DNA of 64,000 bases, from the NCBI RefSeq assembly GCF_963921235.1, contig NC_086108.1, positions 85,314,001-85,378,000 on the forward strand, in the 5' to 3' direction. Numbering within the stretch: the stretch's first letter is position 1; each line of letters begins with the position of its first letter. Positions 1 through 12,190 of the stretch are shown here, in pieces. The notes beneath the pieces were generated by a model that worked only from the letters and a program-made list of their open reading frames with translations, searched no databases and was not told the DNA's origin. Both the position numbers and the translations under genes were made by a program. Source of the DNA: Mobula hypostoma (Eukaryota).

Positions 1-364
1 ACCTACACTACACAGCGGTACACCGCCAACGTTGCACACGGACTTCCCTTGCCGCGGGGAACAAATCAATAAACATTGTGTGAGGACTTGTCACCGGGTT
101 GCCAGTTGTTATGTTTGTGCTACTGGGAAGCCGGGTGGCCATGAATAGCACACACGAGAGACGGAGAGGTGAGGATCAAATGAGCAGCTGCTTATTTTGC
201 TTGTCTGGCATCTGCTTTGGATGCCCGCCCACATTGTGTTCAGTATGTAACACACAGGGAAGCTTGGCAGCAACCCGTATGGGTCAAAATATACAAGAAC
301 ACGTAACAGCATGAATATTGCAATATGCCCCGTACTTACAGTGAGGTGTAGAGACTAGGGGAAT

Positions 365-675
365 ATGACTGCTGTATTCACCAAGGCTATGCATCTCCAG
401 AGAACCCCAAGTAAATTATGCCATTTCTTGCAACAGGACTGCAATCAGCTTCCACATCAAGTTCGGCATTTCACATTGTGATTGAAATCATCTCTGTTTC
501 TTTTGCCATCGGCTCTTCCAAAGGTTCAAGAGGCCATCAGTATTATTGGGCAGTCTGCAGCCTCTGTTTGCATTGAGAGGGTAACTGATCTTTCCTTTGC
601 TACAGCAAGCACTTTCATCAAGTTCCCCGTGGCCAACCAGACATAATAATTAGGACTCCTGAGGCTTTGCACGGA
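365..675 (+). pseudogene. Degraded PIF/Harbinger (HARBI1-like) transposase fragment
   Basis: Manual translation across frameshifts gives RLCISRE..LCHFLQQD..FAIGSSKG..GQSAASVCIERVTDLSFATASTFIKFP..GFAR, collinear with the HARBI1 N-terminal region (GSFQ..GISQ.S.SRCV..VTEAL..RASQFIRFP). Not in the ORF track. Confidence 0.5.
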
Positions 676-839
676 CTAAAGAGGTCTCTCTGATGAAGTG
701 TCTCAGTCCGCACCCATGCCATACCAAATGTGGTACACATCACAGTACCTAACATTCTTTGAAATCACATGGGATTTCACTCCTGGAATCCCGGCCTTGC
801 CTGCTTTTGGCGATCGAGAAGGAGGTCGAATCATTCGGA

Positions 840-1206
840 CAGAGATGGCGTTCAGTACTCGGTGTCGGAGAGCTGATCAGAGCTTGAAGTTTTCAGATGA
901 CTCAGAGTCGGATTGTGGTCGGCACGGCAGGGAGAGTGTTTCGTCCTTCTCCTGTCTGTGTGAGATGTGGGACATTTGAGAAGCTTTGAACTTTTTACTG
1001 TGCTCATGGACTTCTTCATCAAGTTATGGTATTGTTACACTGTTTGTAACTATATGTTATAATTATATGGTTTTGTCAGTTTTTTCAGTCTTGGTTTGTC
1101 CTGTGTTTTGTGATATCGCACTGGAGGAAAGAATGTATCATTTCTTAATGCATGCATTACTAAATGACAATAAAAGAGGACTACGTGTCTTCATAATCAT
1201 AATCAT
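840..1206 (+). mobile_element. Non-LTR retroelement 3' end (Rex1-like tail)
   Basis: Ends in ...gacaataaaagagg...cataatcataatc, a short tandem tail after AATAAA; no coding remnant. Confidence 0.4.
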
Positions 1207-1329
1207 CAAATTGTTGCATAAGGGTTGATGCTCTTGCAGGTATCCTCCTGCTTTATTATAGACTCCTAATGTATGTTCCGAAATATACCCTATTTCCTGG
1301 TGACACTGAAGCAGGCCAATGAATCTATG

Positions 1330-1590
1330 CAGACTCACAGAGCAACCCAATTCTCCAAAAATGTTCCCTGTATCTTACTCTTCCCAAGCCCCATCAATCA
1401 GGCCAAGATGTTACTGCTTACCGACACATAAAGGGGGAATTTCACAATGCCCAATGATCCTTCCAACCTGAACATCTAAGGGATCTGTGATGGAACTGGA
1501 GTACCCAAAGAAACCTACATGGTCATAGGCAGATTGTGGTCTGTGTTTAGCACAGGTCATTGGCGCTGTGAGACATTAATTCTACCATTT
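1330..1590 (-). mobile_element. Degraded tRNA-derived V-SINE-like copy
   Basis: Reverse complement resembles the copy at 56636-56940 (tRNA head ...gtctcacagcgcc..gacc, central gtttc..gggtactccagttcc). Confidence 0.45.
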
Positions 1591-2667
1591 TTGTCACTAT
1601 TTGACCCTACAAAACCCTTTCCTCTTTCTATTCTGTTTTAATGTTTTTTTATGTTTACTTATTCTGTAAGCAATTGCATACAATAAATCCTATTGGTCCA
1701 GCTTTGTTCTATGTCTAGATGGATTCTGGCTGCCTTTCCTCTCATGGAAGTATTTGCCTTTAAAAAAAAGAGCTAATAGCTTTACAATGCCCATTCTGTT
1801 GAGTGTTCCACTTAAAATTGTCTTTATGCTAAATTAGTGAACATAGAGGATATTGTATTTTTACTTTTTTTTCCAGGAGTCTGTGCATGTCATTATTACT
1901 TAAAAATAGAACGGCAAATACTGAAATGAAACTTGACCTTGTATCCGGGATAGCAGACAGCAATGGAAACAATGAGCTTTTTTTTTGCTTCAGCAATGCT
2001 TTACATGGGTGGCTACACTTAAAAAATAAGGCCATGTCTTGTGATCATGAATTACACTAACTATTTCTTCCCTCTAACTTGATGGAGTGACATTTTGTCC
2101 ACTTCTCCCCAAAACAGCAAAAGGTCAGCTCTTACTTCAATTGCAAATTATAGCTGTGTGTGTGTGCATACTCTAGTTTCTGCTACTACATTGGGTGATT
2201 AACAGAAGTTCAGAACAAATGTACCTAAATAAGTGAAATGTCACTTTGCATTAGATATCTGTAATTTATTCTGCATATGTGGCAGAACTACTTGGTCCCT
2301 GGCTTCCTGTAATACATATTATTTTGTACCTAAATGTATAGATCAGGTTGAAAGGAGTTTAGTGATCGTGCATATAGTGATTGTTTGGTTTTCAATGACA
2401 AACACAGATTTTGTCTGGACAATTGGGTAGGAAAATTGCAAATAGAATCAAGGTAAGTGTGAGGAAATGCATTGGGGAGGAGTGACAAGGCAAGGAAATG
2501 TTTATAGAGGGCAGCACTGAGTTGTAGGGAGGAGAAGAGAAATCTTGCATTTGTGTTGGTGGATCCTAACAGCCAGCAGGACAGGTCAAAGAGATGGTTA
2601 AATGTTTTTTCTTATTAACTAAGATCTGAGAGGTTATGAGAGGACTGTGTATACCTCAAGTCAGATT

Positions 2668-4087
2668 ATTTTCAACCTCTCACTGCTTCAGTAAGGCAAC
2701 AATTATACCAGTGCCAAAGAAGAATAAAGTAAGCTGCCTTAATAACTATTGCCTGGTAGCACTCACATCTACAGTGATGAAATGCTTTGAGAGGTTGGTC
2801 ATGACTAGACTGAACTCCTGCCTCAGTAAGGACCTGGACCCATTGCAATTTGCCTATCACCACAATTGGTCAATGGCAGATGCAATCTCAGTGGCTCTTT
2901 ACACGGCTTTACGTCACCTGGACAGCACAAACACCTATGTCAGGATGCTGTTCATCGACTATACTCAGCATTTAATTCCATCATTCTCGCAATCCTGATT
3001 GAGAAGTTACAGAAATTGGGCCTCTGTACCTCCATCTGCCATTAGATCCTTGACTTCCTAACTGGAAGACCACATTCTGTTCGGTTTGGCGACATCTCCT
3101 CCTCGCTGATGATCAACACTGGTGCACCTCAGGGGTGTGTGCTTAGCCCACTGCTCTACTGTCTCTATACCCATGACTGTGTGGCTAGGCATAGCTCAAA
3201 TACTATCTATAAATTTGCTGATGATATGGCCATTGTTGGTAGAATCTCAGATGGCGACGAGAGGGCGTACAGGAGTGAGATATGCCAACTAGTGGAATGG
3301 TGCTGCAGCAACAACCTGGCACACATCGTCGGTAAGATGAAAGAGCTGATTGTGGACTTCAGGAAGGGCACCAACATGTACCAGTTCTCAGGGGGATCGG
3401 AAGTGGAGAGAGTGAGCAGTTTCAAGTTCCTAGGTGTCAAGATCTCTGAGTATCCAACCTCGTCCCAACATATTGTTGTAGTTATAAAGAAGGCAAGACA
3501 GCAACTATGCTTCATTAGCAGCTCGAAGAGATTTGGTATGTCAATAAGTACACTCAAAATCTCCTATAGATGTAGAGTGGAGAACATTCTGACAGGTTGC
3601 ATCACTGTCTGGTATTAGGGGAGCTGGGCTACTGCACAGCTTGAAAGAAGCTGCAGAGGGTTGTAAGTCAGTCAGCTCCATCTCGGGTACTAGCCTATAA
3701 GGTACCCAGGACATCTTCAAGGCGCGGTGTCTCAGAAAGGCAGCTTCGATTATTAAGGACCTCCAGCACCCAGGGCATGCTCTTTTCTCACTGTTACCAT
3801 CAGGAAGGGGGTACAGAAGCCTGAAGCAATTCAGGAACAGCTTCTTCCCCTCTGCCCATTTGATTCCTAAATGGACATTGAACCCTTGAACACTACCTTA
3901 CTTTTTAAATATATATTACTTCTGTTTTTTGCATGATTTTAAATCCATCCAATATACGTATACTGCAATTTATTTATTTATTTATCCCCCCCCCCCCCCC
4001 CCCATATTATGTATTGTATTGAACTGCTGCTAAGCTAACAAATTTCATGACACTTGCTGGTGATGATAAACCTGATTCTGATTCTGA
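2668..4087 (+). mobile_element. 5'-truncated Rex1/Babar-type LINE (RT remnant and 3' UTR), inserted in an older CR1 fragment
   Basis: ORFs 2636-2998 and 3109-3618 give ATIIPVPKK..VALTSTVMKCFERLV, LDPLQFAY, GAPQGCVLSPLLY, KFADD, FKFLGV. Frameshifted; tail ...aaacctgattctgattctga. Confidence 0.9.
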
Positions 4088-4216
4088 TCACAACTTGAAT
4101 ACTAAGTTCTTTTCAGGTCATCAGATTACTTTGAGTTACAATTCTGCTGGACAGGATGCAACAGAGATGAAGATGTAGCCAAGACCTATAAGTTGTAACA
4201 AGGAGGAAAGATTGGA

Positions 4217-4720
4217 AGCAACACACACAAAATGCTAGAGGAACTTAGAAGGCCAGGTCGGATCCATGGAAATAAATAAAGTCGAAATTTCAGGCCGAGG
4301 CCTGTTCTTAGGACTGAGAAGGAAAGGGGAAGATGCCAGAATAAAAAGGTGGGGGGAGGGGAAGGAGGCTAGCTTGAATGTGATAGGTGAAGCCAAGTGG
4401 GAGAGAAACGTCAAGTGTTGGTGAAGAAGGAATCTGATAGAAGAGGAAGAGTGGACCATAGGAGAAAGAGAAGGAGGAGACCCAGGGGAATGTTATAGGC
4501 AGGTGAGAAGAGACAAAATGTCAGAGTGAGGAATAGAGGAAACGGGACAATTTTTTTTTACCAGAGGGAGAAATCAATATTCAAGCCATCAGGTTGGAGT
4601 TTGCCTAGATGGAATATAAGGTGCTGCTCCTCCACCCTGAGGGTGGCCTCATCTTGGCAGAAGAAGACGCCATGGACTCACATGTCGGAATGAGAAAGGG
4701 AGTCGGAATTAAAGTGTTTG
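4217..4720 (-). mobile_element. Penelope-like pseudo-LTR derivative with degenerate hammerhead
   Basis: Similar to 26155-26750 (GIY-YIG C-terminal remnant, purine-rich tract, terminal cacacacaaaatgct). Hammerhead core mutated (cagtcctaagaacaggcctcggcctgaaa). Confidence 0.8.
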
Positions 4721-4734
4721 AGGAGACTCTAACT

Positions 4735-5260
4735 TGAGCTGTATTAAATTAAGAAGAATCTACACAGAGTAAATAGGGTGGACCTATTTCTTATTGCAAA
4801 GCCATAGAATGCCAAAGCACAGAACCAGGCCATTTGGCCCATCTGGTCCATGCTGACCTGATCTCCTGCCTGGTCCCATCTACCTGCATCTGGGTCATAA
4901 CCTTCCAAAAGCCTCTCATCCAGACAGCTATCTGAACTTCTCTTAAATGTTACACTGCTTTCTGCTGACAGCTCGTTCCACATTCACACCACCCTCTGAG
5001 TGAAGAAGTTTCTTCTAAGATTCACATTAAATGTTTCACCTGTAGGATAAACACCAAACCACGTGCATTATAAGTAACTGGTTAGTGGATTAGAAGGAAG
5101 ATGAGGAAGTACATTTTCACTTGGGAAAAGGTAGGTATGTGGGGTCTCATTGTCTTGAAGGGTTAGAGTAGCAAAAAAACACTCTTATATTTATCCAGAA
5201 CTTGGATCAGTACTTGGAGAGCTGTCAATGGTAGGGTTACAGACATAGTACTCAACGGAG
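4735..5260. mobile_element. Two nested CR1 3'-end fragments (a minus copy at about 4800-5042 inside an older plus copy)
   Basis: Typical CR1 3' motifs (cttcttcactcagagggtggtg...tggaacgagctg, gggccaaatggcctg). Confidence 0.6.
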
Positions 5261-7594
5261 GATGAAGTAGTCACCTCTTCTTTTAACAAGCACAATCTCC
5301 TCTGTCAAATATCATCTATACCTTTCAAAGCATCTCGAGTATTATGGGGAAAAATATAGAAGTATTTTTTAAATATTTCATGTTAAGTTGGAGCATTTGA
5401 AACTTCTTATGTAAGTAGGCTAAATAGCACATTCCTCCAAGATGTTTTCTTTACCTATTCTCTTCACCAATTAAAAATTAGGAATTGCATCTTTCCAAAA
5501 CCAAAGAAATAGGATGAAAATATTAAAATGCATAGAATGCATTGTAAACATTTGAAGGCCATTATATTTCCCCGAACTTCATTGCAAATGACCATTTGTT
5601 TAAACCAATTCAAATTGGGTTTGAAGTTAGAGAGTCAAATAATATTTTAATACACAATTAATTAATCCTAGTTAGGATCTACATAAAATATGCAAGGGTT
5701 GTTCTGCACAAATTGCTTTATTCTAAGGCGGTATTCCAGTGTTGTGGAGGATCTGTTTGCACTCCAGATGTTTAGATTCAGAGATAGTTGATGAGGTCTT
5801 CATGGGACTTGCAGACATTAGCACAGGTAAGGCAGGGGAAATGTACAGTTTGCAAGATTGTGCACTCCTTCCACTATTCACCCTCAACTACCTTATGATT
5901 GAGATAAATGGACCTGAGATTGGCAGTCCCCCTCAGAAATGCTCTTTCTCTATTTGGAGTGGCCCTAGACTAGAGATTCCCATTAGCTGGTAATGATAAC
6001 ACATGTTTTAATGGAGGCTTTGAATACATCCTTCAAAAACTTCCTCTATTCACCTGATGATCTCTTTCCATTGCTGATATCAGATGAGGCCTTCCCATTG
6101 GGGCTAACCAACTTCAATTTTGTTGCAATAGTGGAATGATGTTCTGGAAAGGCGTATTTATAATGTCAATGGATTTGGGGGATTTAGCAGGAAAAAAAAT
6201 TGTTGGTGGTTCTTCTGCTGAGGTGCATGTGAATGTGTGTTGTCCCTATATCAGAGAGGTACATCGGGGCAAGGATCACTGTTTTCAGGTAGACTAAGAA
6301 CTTTCTGCTGGATATGATCTTTTGATCTTCAAATACCTTTTACTTCAGATGGCACATCAGAGTCATTGATAGTGGTTCTTGAGATATGGGAAGTGGTCCA
6401 TGTTTTCCAGGGTCATCCTGTTAATCTATGTTGCCCAGTGACAACAGAGAGTAGAGGAAGCAGTTTGGTAGAAGATCTTGGAATGCAGATGTTCAGTTTA
6501 TGTTCCATTCTCTCATATGCTTCAGTGAACAGGTCAACAATGATTTAGGCATTCAGACAACATTAAGAATGGGTTTGCTCTCGTACCTCCATATCTCCAT
6601 TCCTCATCTGCATCCCAGGTTGTCTCCTTTTCCTCTAATTGTATGCATCCCAGAGAGTAACCTTTGGGTACATTTTCATTTAAGTGCCTGATGCTGGCAT
6701 ATGAGTGATTGAAGCCTGAACTCTCACGGGGAGCCTACTTGGACCTCCATGGATGCCTGTTTGGTACTCCCTGAGAATGGGAGTAGTTTCAGTGTTTCAG
6801 TATGTTATGGTTGGTTTGCCAAAACCCAATTCATCTCTTAAAGGGCTATGAGTGATTGGCATTCTCTTCCTCAAAGGGCAATGGAAGCAGAGTTCTTGAT
6901 CATTTTTAAGCAAACATGAATAGATATTTGATAAATGTGGAGGTGAACAGTTACCGCAGGAATGTAGAGCTGAGGTTACAATCTTGCAAAATGGCTGCAG
7001 AGGCTTGAGGATCCAGGTGGGCTACTTCTGTTTCAGATCCCTAGTTTTGTGGTTCATCTATCACTATAAGTTGATGCAAATGGGTTACAAAAGCCTGAGA
7101 CACATGCTAGGCGCAATGCCAGCTTCCATCCCACTGCTGTAAAATCATTGGACAGTCCTCTGTACAATAAGATGGACTCTTGACCTCACAATCTATCTTG
7201 ACCCGGCCTTGCATTATTGTCTGCTAGCTTTGCACTTGTCTGTAGCTATAACATTATATTTTGCTCTCTGTTATTGCTTTTCCCTCGTACTATCTTGGTG
7301 TACTGATGTGGTGAAAGGGTCTTTTTGGATGGCATGCAAAATAAAGTTTCTCATGCGACAATACTAAAGCAATAACTAATAATACAGTATTACCTTTGGG
7401 AAAACACCAGGGCTCTGTCATCTCCTCCCACACACACTCACCTGTCCACTTAGTATGCTTTTCCCCTTTTGTTCACCCATCCCATCCCAACAACTTCCTT
7501 CCACAATCTAGTTCAATCTACCCATCTTTCTCTCCCAATCTGGTTCCTCTACCCCAAACTCTTTTTGTAAAATTATATACTGGCAATCTTACAT

Positions 7595-8005
7595 GTAGCC
7601 TCTCAATTCCCATTCTGGCTCCCTCCTTACTCCTTTTTTTCTCCTCACCTGCCCATCACCTCTGTCTGGTATCCCTCCTCCTTCCCTTTCTCCCATGGAC
7701 TTCTCTCCTCTCCTATCAGATTCCTTCTTCTTCAACCCCTAACCTTTTCCACCTATCACCTCCCAGCTTCTAACTTAATCTTCTTCCCATCCACCCACTT
7801 TTCCCTCACCTGAGTTCACCGATCTCCTGCCAGCTTGTACTCCTTCCCCTCCTTCCCTTCTTTCCCCTTCCTTTGCTGTCCTGATGAAGGGTCTTGGCCT
7901 GAAATGTCGACTGTTTGTTCTCCTCCATAGTGCTGGCTGATGAGCTGAAATTCCCCCAGCATTTTGTGTGTTCCTCTGGATTTCCAGCATCTGCAGAATC
8001 TCTTG
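7595..8005 (+). mobile_element. Penelope-like pseudo-LTR derivative
   Basis: Pyrimidine-rich tract, hammerhead, then ...cagcattttgtgtg...tttccagcatctgcagaatctc terminus shared with the other copies. Confidence 0.85.
7876..7913 (+). ncRNA. Minimal type I hammerhead ribozyme motif (Penelope-type)
   Basis: gtc-CTGATGA-agg(gtcttgg)cct-GAAA-t-GTC-gac: conserved core boxes, stem I, stem II and a GUC cleavage triplet. Confidence 0.7.
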
Positions 8006-9067
8006 TATTAATGTTGCCTCTCAGCTCTTCACCTGAGGGTCTTCACCTGAAATATCAACATTCACCCTTTTTCTCCACAGGACTTACTGAGTTCTTTGAG
8101 TTTTCTATTCTTGTGTAAGAAATGAACTGATTGAAGAATAGACCTGAGATTTATTTGCTGACCTCTCAGCTTCATTTGCATATTCTTGCTGATCAACTAA
8201 GGAAAATGTCAGAATGTTCCCATTGTCGTTATTTGATAAATGTTTATGAGTTTCATGTCTGCTTGACAATGGTGCATTTGTCATCAGAAATGCTTTGTTG
8301 TCCTTGTATGAAGGGAAGGTTGAGGAAGACACAAACACAAATGTCTAGGTTCCAGTTCCAATCAGTTATAGTAACTGTTTGGATGCATCCCTTTGCTGGT
8401 GAAATATGACTTATTTAATTTTCATACAATGATTTTGAAATGTTTCTTCCATTTAAGGATCTCCTATTAAGCAAATTCACAATGACAAAGAGAACTCATC
8501 TTCAACTATTTCAAATTCAAGTTTGTTTTTCATCTCATTCCTACACAGGGTATAAATGCCATGACAATCAGCTTTTTTCAGCAGCAGCACAGAACATTAC
8601 AAATGTGACAAACGTTAGTTAACAAATTTAAATGAACATAAATTATACATAGCTCACAAGACAGAATAAACATCACATGAGTGCAAGATGACAGAGCAGA
8701 AAAGAAATATAGCTTGAGAGCATTTGAAAAATGAAGTGGGAAATTCTGTGGCATTTTACTTTTCAACCCATTCAAAACTGGACAAGATTTTCCTGGAATT
8801 GACAACTTGTCCTGAAATTAGACCAGACTGTTATCTCCCTTTGCTAACTCAGATTTTCCTGACCTTACCATTTGTTTGGTTTGTTTCTACTGTTCCCTTG
8901 GAACATCACATGCAAATATTCCTGTTGTTGCAATAATTGAGGTTGGAATATGGTGGATTCTGGTTAATTAGGACACATGGGGACCAGGACATTTTGTCCC
9001 ATTTAAGCAGCTGCCATAATTAGCCAAAGTTTCATGGAAATAGTTAAATAGGTATAAAAAAAGACAA

Positions 9068-9735
9068 GAGAAAATCTGCAGATGTTGGAAATTCAAGCAA
9101 AACACACAAAATACTGGAGGAACTCAGCAGACCAGGCAGCATCTATGAAAGAAAGGGGAGGGAGGAGCACCAGAGGGAGGAAATGGCCAGGCAAGGAGAT
9201 AAGTTAAGAGAGGGGAAAGGGAATGGGGAATGGTGAAGGGGGGGCATTACTGGAAGTTTGAGAAATTGATGTTCAACACCTTTTATTCCACCTGGGTAGC
9301 CTCCAACCCGATGGCATGAACAATGATTTCTCAAACTTCCTGTAATATCCCCCCCACTTCTTCATTATTCCCCATCCCCTTTTCCCTCTCTTAACTTATC
9401 TCCTTGCCTGGCCATTTCCTCCCTCTGGTGCTCCTCCCTCCCCTTTCTTTCTTCCATGGCCTTCTGTCCTCTCCTATCAGAATTGCCCTTCTCCAGCCCT
9501 TGTATCTCTTTCACCAATCAACTTCCCAGTTCTTAACTTCATCCCTCCCCCTCCCGGTTTCACTTATCACCTTGTGTTTCTCCTTCCCCTCCAGCCACCT
9601 TTTAAATCTACTCGTCATCTTTTTTTCTCCAGTCCTGCCGAAGGGTCTTGGCCCGAAACCTTGAATGTACTCGTTTCTATAGACGCTGCCTGGCCTGCTG
9701 AGTTCCTCCAGCATTTTTTTTGTGTGTGTGTGTGC
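9068..9735. mobile_element. Fold-back (inverted) Penelope pseudo-LTR insertion
   Basis: 9068-9274 is minus-oriented and about 9275-9735 plus-oriented. Flanking duplication ataaaaaa(a)gacaa at 9054-9067 and 9736-9748. Confidence 0.85.
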
Positions 9736-10165
9736 ATAAAAAAGACAAACTACTATTCAACTGAGTAACAACTTACGGATTTAATTGAAAAACAGAACAA
9801 TTTAGAATGCTACTAATACCACTACAGTTCTATAAAATTGTGCATTAGTTCCTAATAGTTATTGATGGAGGAATTCATCCTGTGTACGCTGCTGTGTGCT
9901 GTTGATTAATTATAAATGAACAAAGTAGGGGCAGACACCTAGGGCAGATAATGGCATTCTCCAAATCTTCAATTTTCATTGTAATATTCAAAATGATTGT
10001 TGATACCTTCAAATTCTTTGTAGTTTCTAACTTTTTGAAGTAGTGAAATAGTTTTATTTTCACTCTAGGCATCTCCAAGCCTAAATGCTTGAAACCACAG
10101 TGAGCAAAACGATTCTGAATTGTCTTACTGTTTATTTCTTGTCAATCATCAGTGACAAAAATCAC

Positions 10166-10666
10166 AAACAAGAGAAAATCTGCAGATGCTGGAAATCCAA
10201 GCAACATACACAAAATGCTGGAGGAACTCAGCAGACCAGGCAGCATCTGTGGAAAAGAGTACAGTTGAAGTTTCGAGCCGAGACCCTTCGGCAGGACAGG
10301 AGAAAAAATGCTGAGGAGTAGATTTAAAAGGTGAGGGGAGTGGGGAGAGAAACACAAGGTGATAGGTGAAACCTGAAGTGGGAGGGATGAAGTAAAGTGT
10401 TGAAAGTTGATCGGTGAAAGAAATACAGAGCTGGAGAAGGGGGAGAATGATACGTGAGCACAGAAGGCCATGGAAGAAAGGAAAAAGGGGAGGCGTACCA
10501 GAGGGAAGTGATGGGTGGCAAGGAATTAAGGTGAGAGACGGAAAAGGAGATGGGAATGGTGAGGGAGAGGGGCGGGAGGGGATCATTACTGGAAGTTTGA
10601 GAAATTGATGTTCATGCCGTCAGGTTGGAGGCTACCCAAATGGGATATGAGGTGTTGTTCCTCCAT
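10166..10666 (-). mobile_element. Penelope pseudo-LTR insertion
   Basis: Same family as 9275-9735; hammerhead variant at 10261-10299; aaaatc repeated on both flanks. Confidence 0.85.
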
Positions 10667-10987
10667 ACTAAAATCGTTGCATTTTGAACACAAAAACATG
10701 CAACTGATGCTATTTAAAAACTGTCCACTCTAAGCACAGTGTAGCGTCTAACAACCACACAGCACACGTGCGACTGAAGCTAGTTAAAAACTGTTCTGCA
10801 ACAGTCTCCTGTCCCAGTAAAGTGACATAATGTCCCAAATAAATGAAGGGAATCCTGGCTACTTTCTTGATTAGTTTTTATTCTTTAAGATTTGTCCCAA
10901 ATAAGCAGTTGTCCCGATTAACTGATGGCTAAATTAAATGGAATTCACTTTATTGGACAAAGCTTTTCAAAAAGATTTCAATAATAA

Positions 10988-11145
10988 TGGAACTCCCTCC
11001 ATAACAGCACTGTGGGCATACATACACATCAGGGACTGCAGCAGTTCAAGAAGGCAGCTCATCACCACCTTCCCAAGGGCAACTAGGGATGGGCACTGAA
11101 TGCTGGCTTAGCTGGTGATGCCCACGTCCCATAAATGAATAAATA
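10988..11145 (+). mobile_element. LINE/SINE 3' tail (CR1/L2-group tail; related copies near 12640, 25750, 51340 and 57020)
   Basis: tggaactccctcc..aacagcactgtggg..gggactgcagcagttcaagaaggcagctcatcaccaccttc..aatgaataaa recurs in the window. Confidence 0.6.
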
Positions 11146-11169
11146 ATAATTAAAATTATACCCTATGGC

Positions 11170-12190
11170 AGACCAAAAAAAGTCAGATAAAGTTTTTTGG
11201 AGAACTAGTACAGGAGGGATTGCTTGCTGACTTTAGGGCTGAAAACAGAGAGTGGGACTCAAGGGTATTTTTTCACTTTTAAAGAGGGTCGAAGTGTTCA
11301 TTGAGTTTTGGTACCAGGATTATTGCTGTTCATGATTTACATTAATGAAATCAGACTTGGAATTGAGATCAAAATTTCTGCACTTGAATCTGATGCCAAA
11401 TTTTGGGGCAATGTTGCTGCTTGTAGAATGAAGCAAGCTTCAGGAGGGCATTACTAAACCTGCAGAATTGAAAAATAATTGTAAAATAACATTGATAGGA
11501 AGAATAGCAGGGTGAGTTCTTGCTTGAAACATGTGAAATTAGGTGGGTAGACAAACAAAGGTATCTTGAAGTACAAGTACATTCAGCACTGGATATACAG
11601 CCTCAGGCTAACAATGCAAGCATGAGGGTTTACATCTATAGAGACAGAAATGAAAATAAATGAATTCAAGTAATGCTTAACCTGTGTAAAACCTTTGTTA
11701 TATCATGCTTGGAAGACTGCATGCATAGTTGTGCTTGCCATATTGTAAAAAGATATGGTGGTGTTGGAGAGGATGCAGAGATGATTTAGAAAGGTGACTC
11801 TGTTCACATGAGAATATATGTAACTAAAAATGATGAATATCATAGACCTCTTTTCTCTAGAGGAGGGAAAGTTGAGGGGTGACCTAACAGAGGTCTTTCA
11901 AACAATGGAAAGTTTGAATAGAATGGATACAGATATAATATTTTTATTTGTGGAGAAGAGGCCTCAGTGTGATTCACTAAGGAACTATTTTGGGAACATA
12001 GAAAATATTTCTTCACTCAAAGAGTCTGAGGAGTTGGAACCCACTACTACAGAGAGTGCTGAAGCAAATATCACAGAGGCATTTAAGAAAGACTGAAGAT
12101 TGGTTAGGAGCTTGACTGAGATAAGAGATCTGCTGGGCTTCAGATAGGCTGGAGATCTGGCTCATCTGAACAAAGATGCAACTGGGGTAA
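11170..12190 (+). mobile_element. Old CR1 LINE RT/3' remnant
   Basis: Degraded F.IYIN, ADAKFLG and LFSLEEGKLRGDLTEVFQTM motifs (ORF 11830-12096). Confidence 0.7.

Larger units (their letters stand above)
8951..10950. mobile_element. Tigger/pogo-like non-autonomous DNA transposon carrying two Penelope insertions
   Basis: TA-flanked, degenerate TIRs (tggtggattctggttaatt / aattaaatggaattcactt); collinear with the uninterrupted copy at 28974-29751. Confidence 0.8.

Noticed and set aside
3986..4003. C18 homopolymer as a regulatory G-quadruplex
   Set aside because: It sits inside a Rex1 3' UTR and is best explained as slippage expansion.
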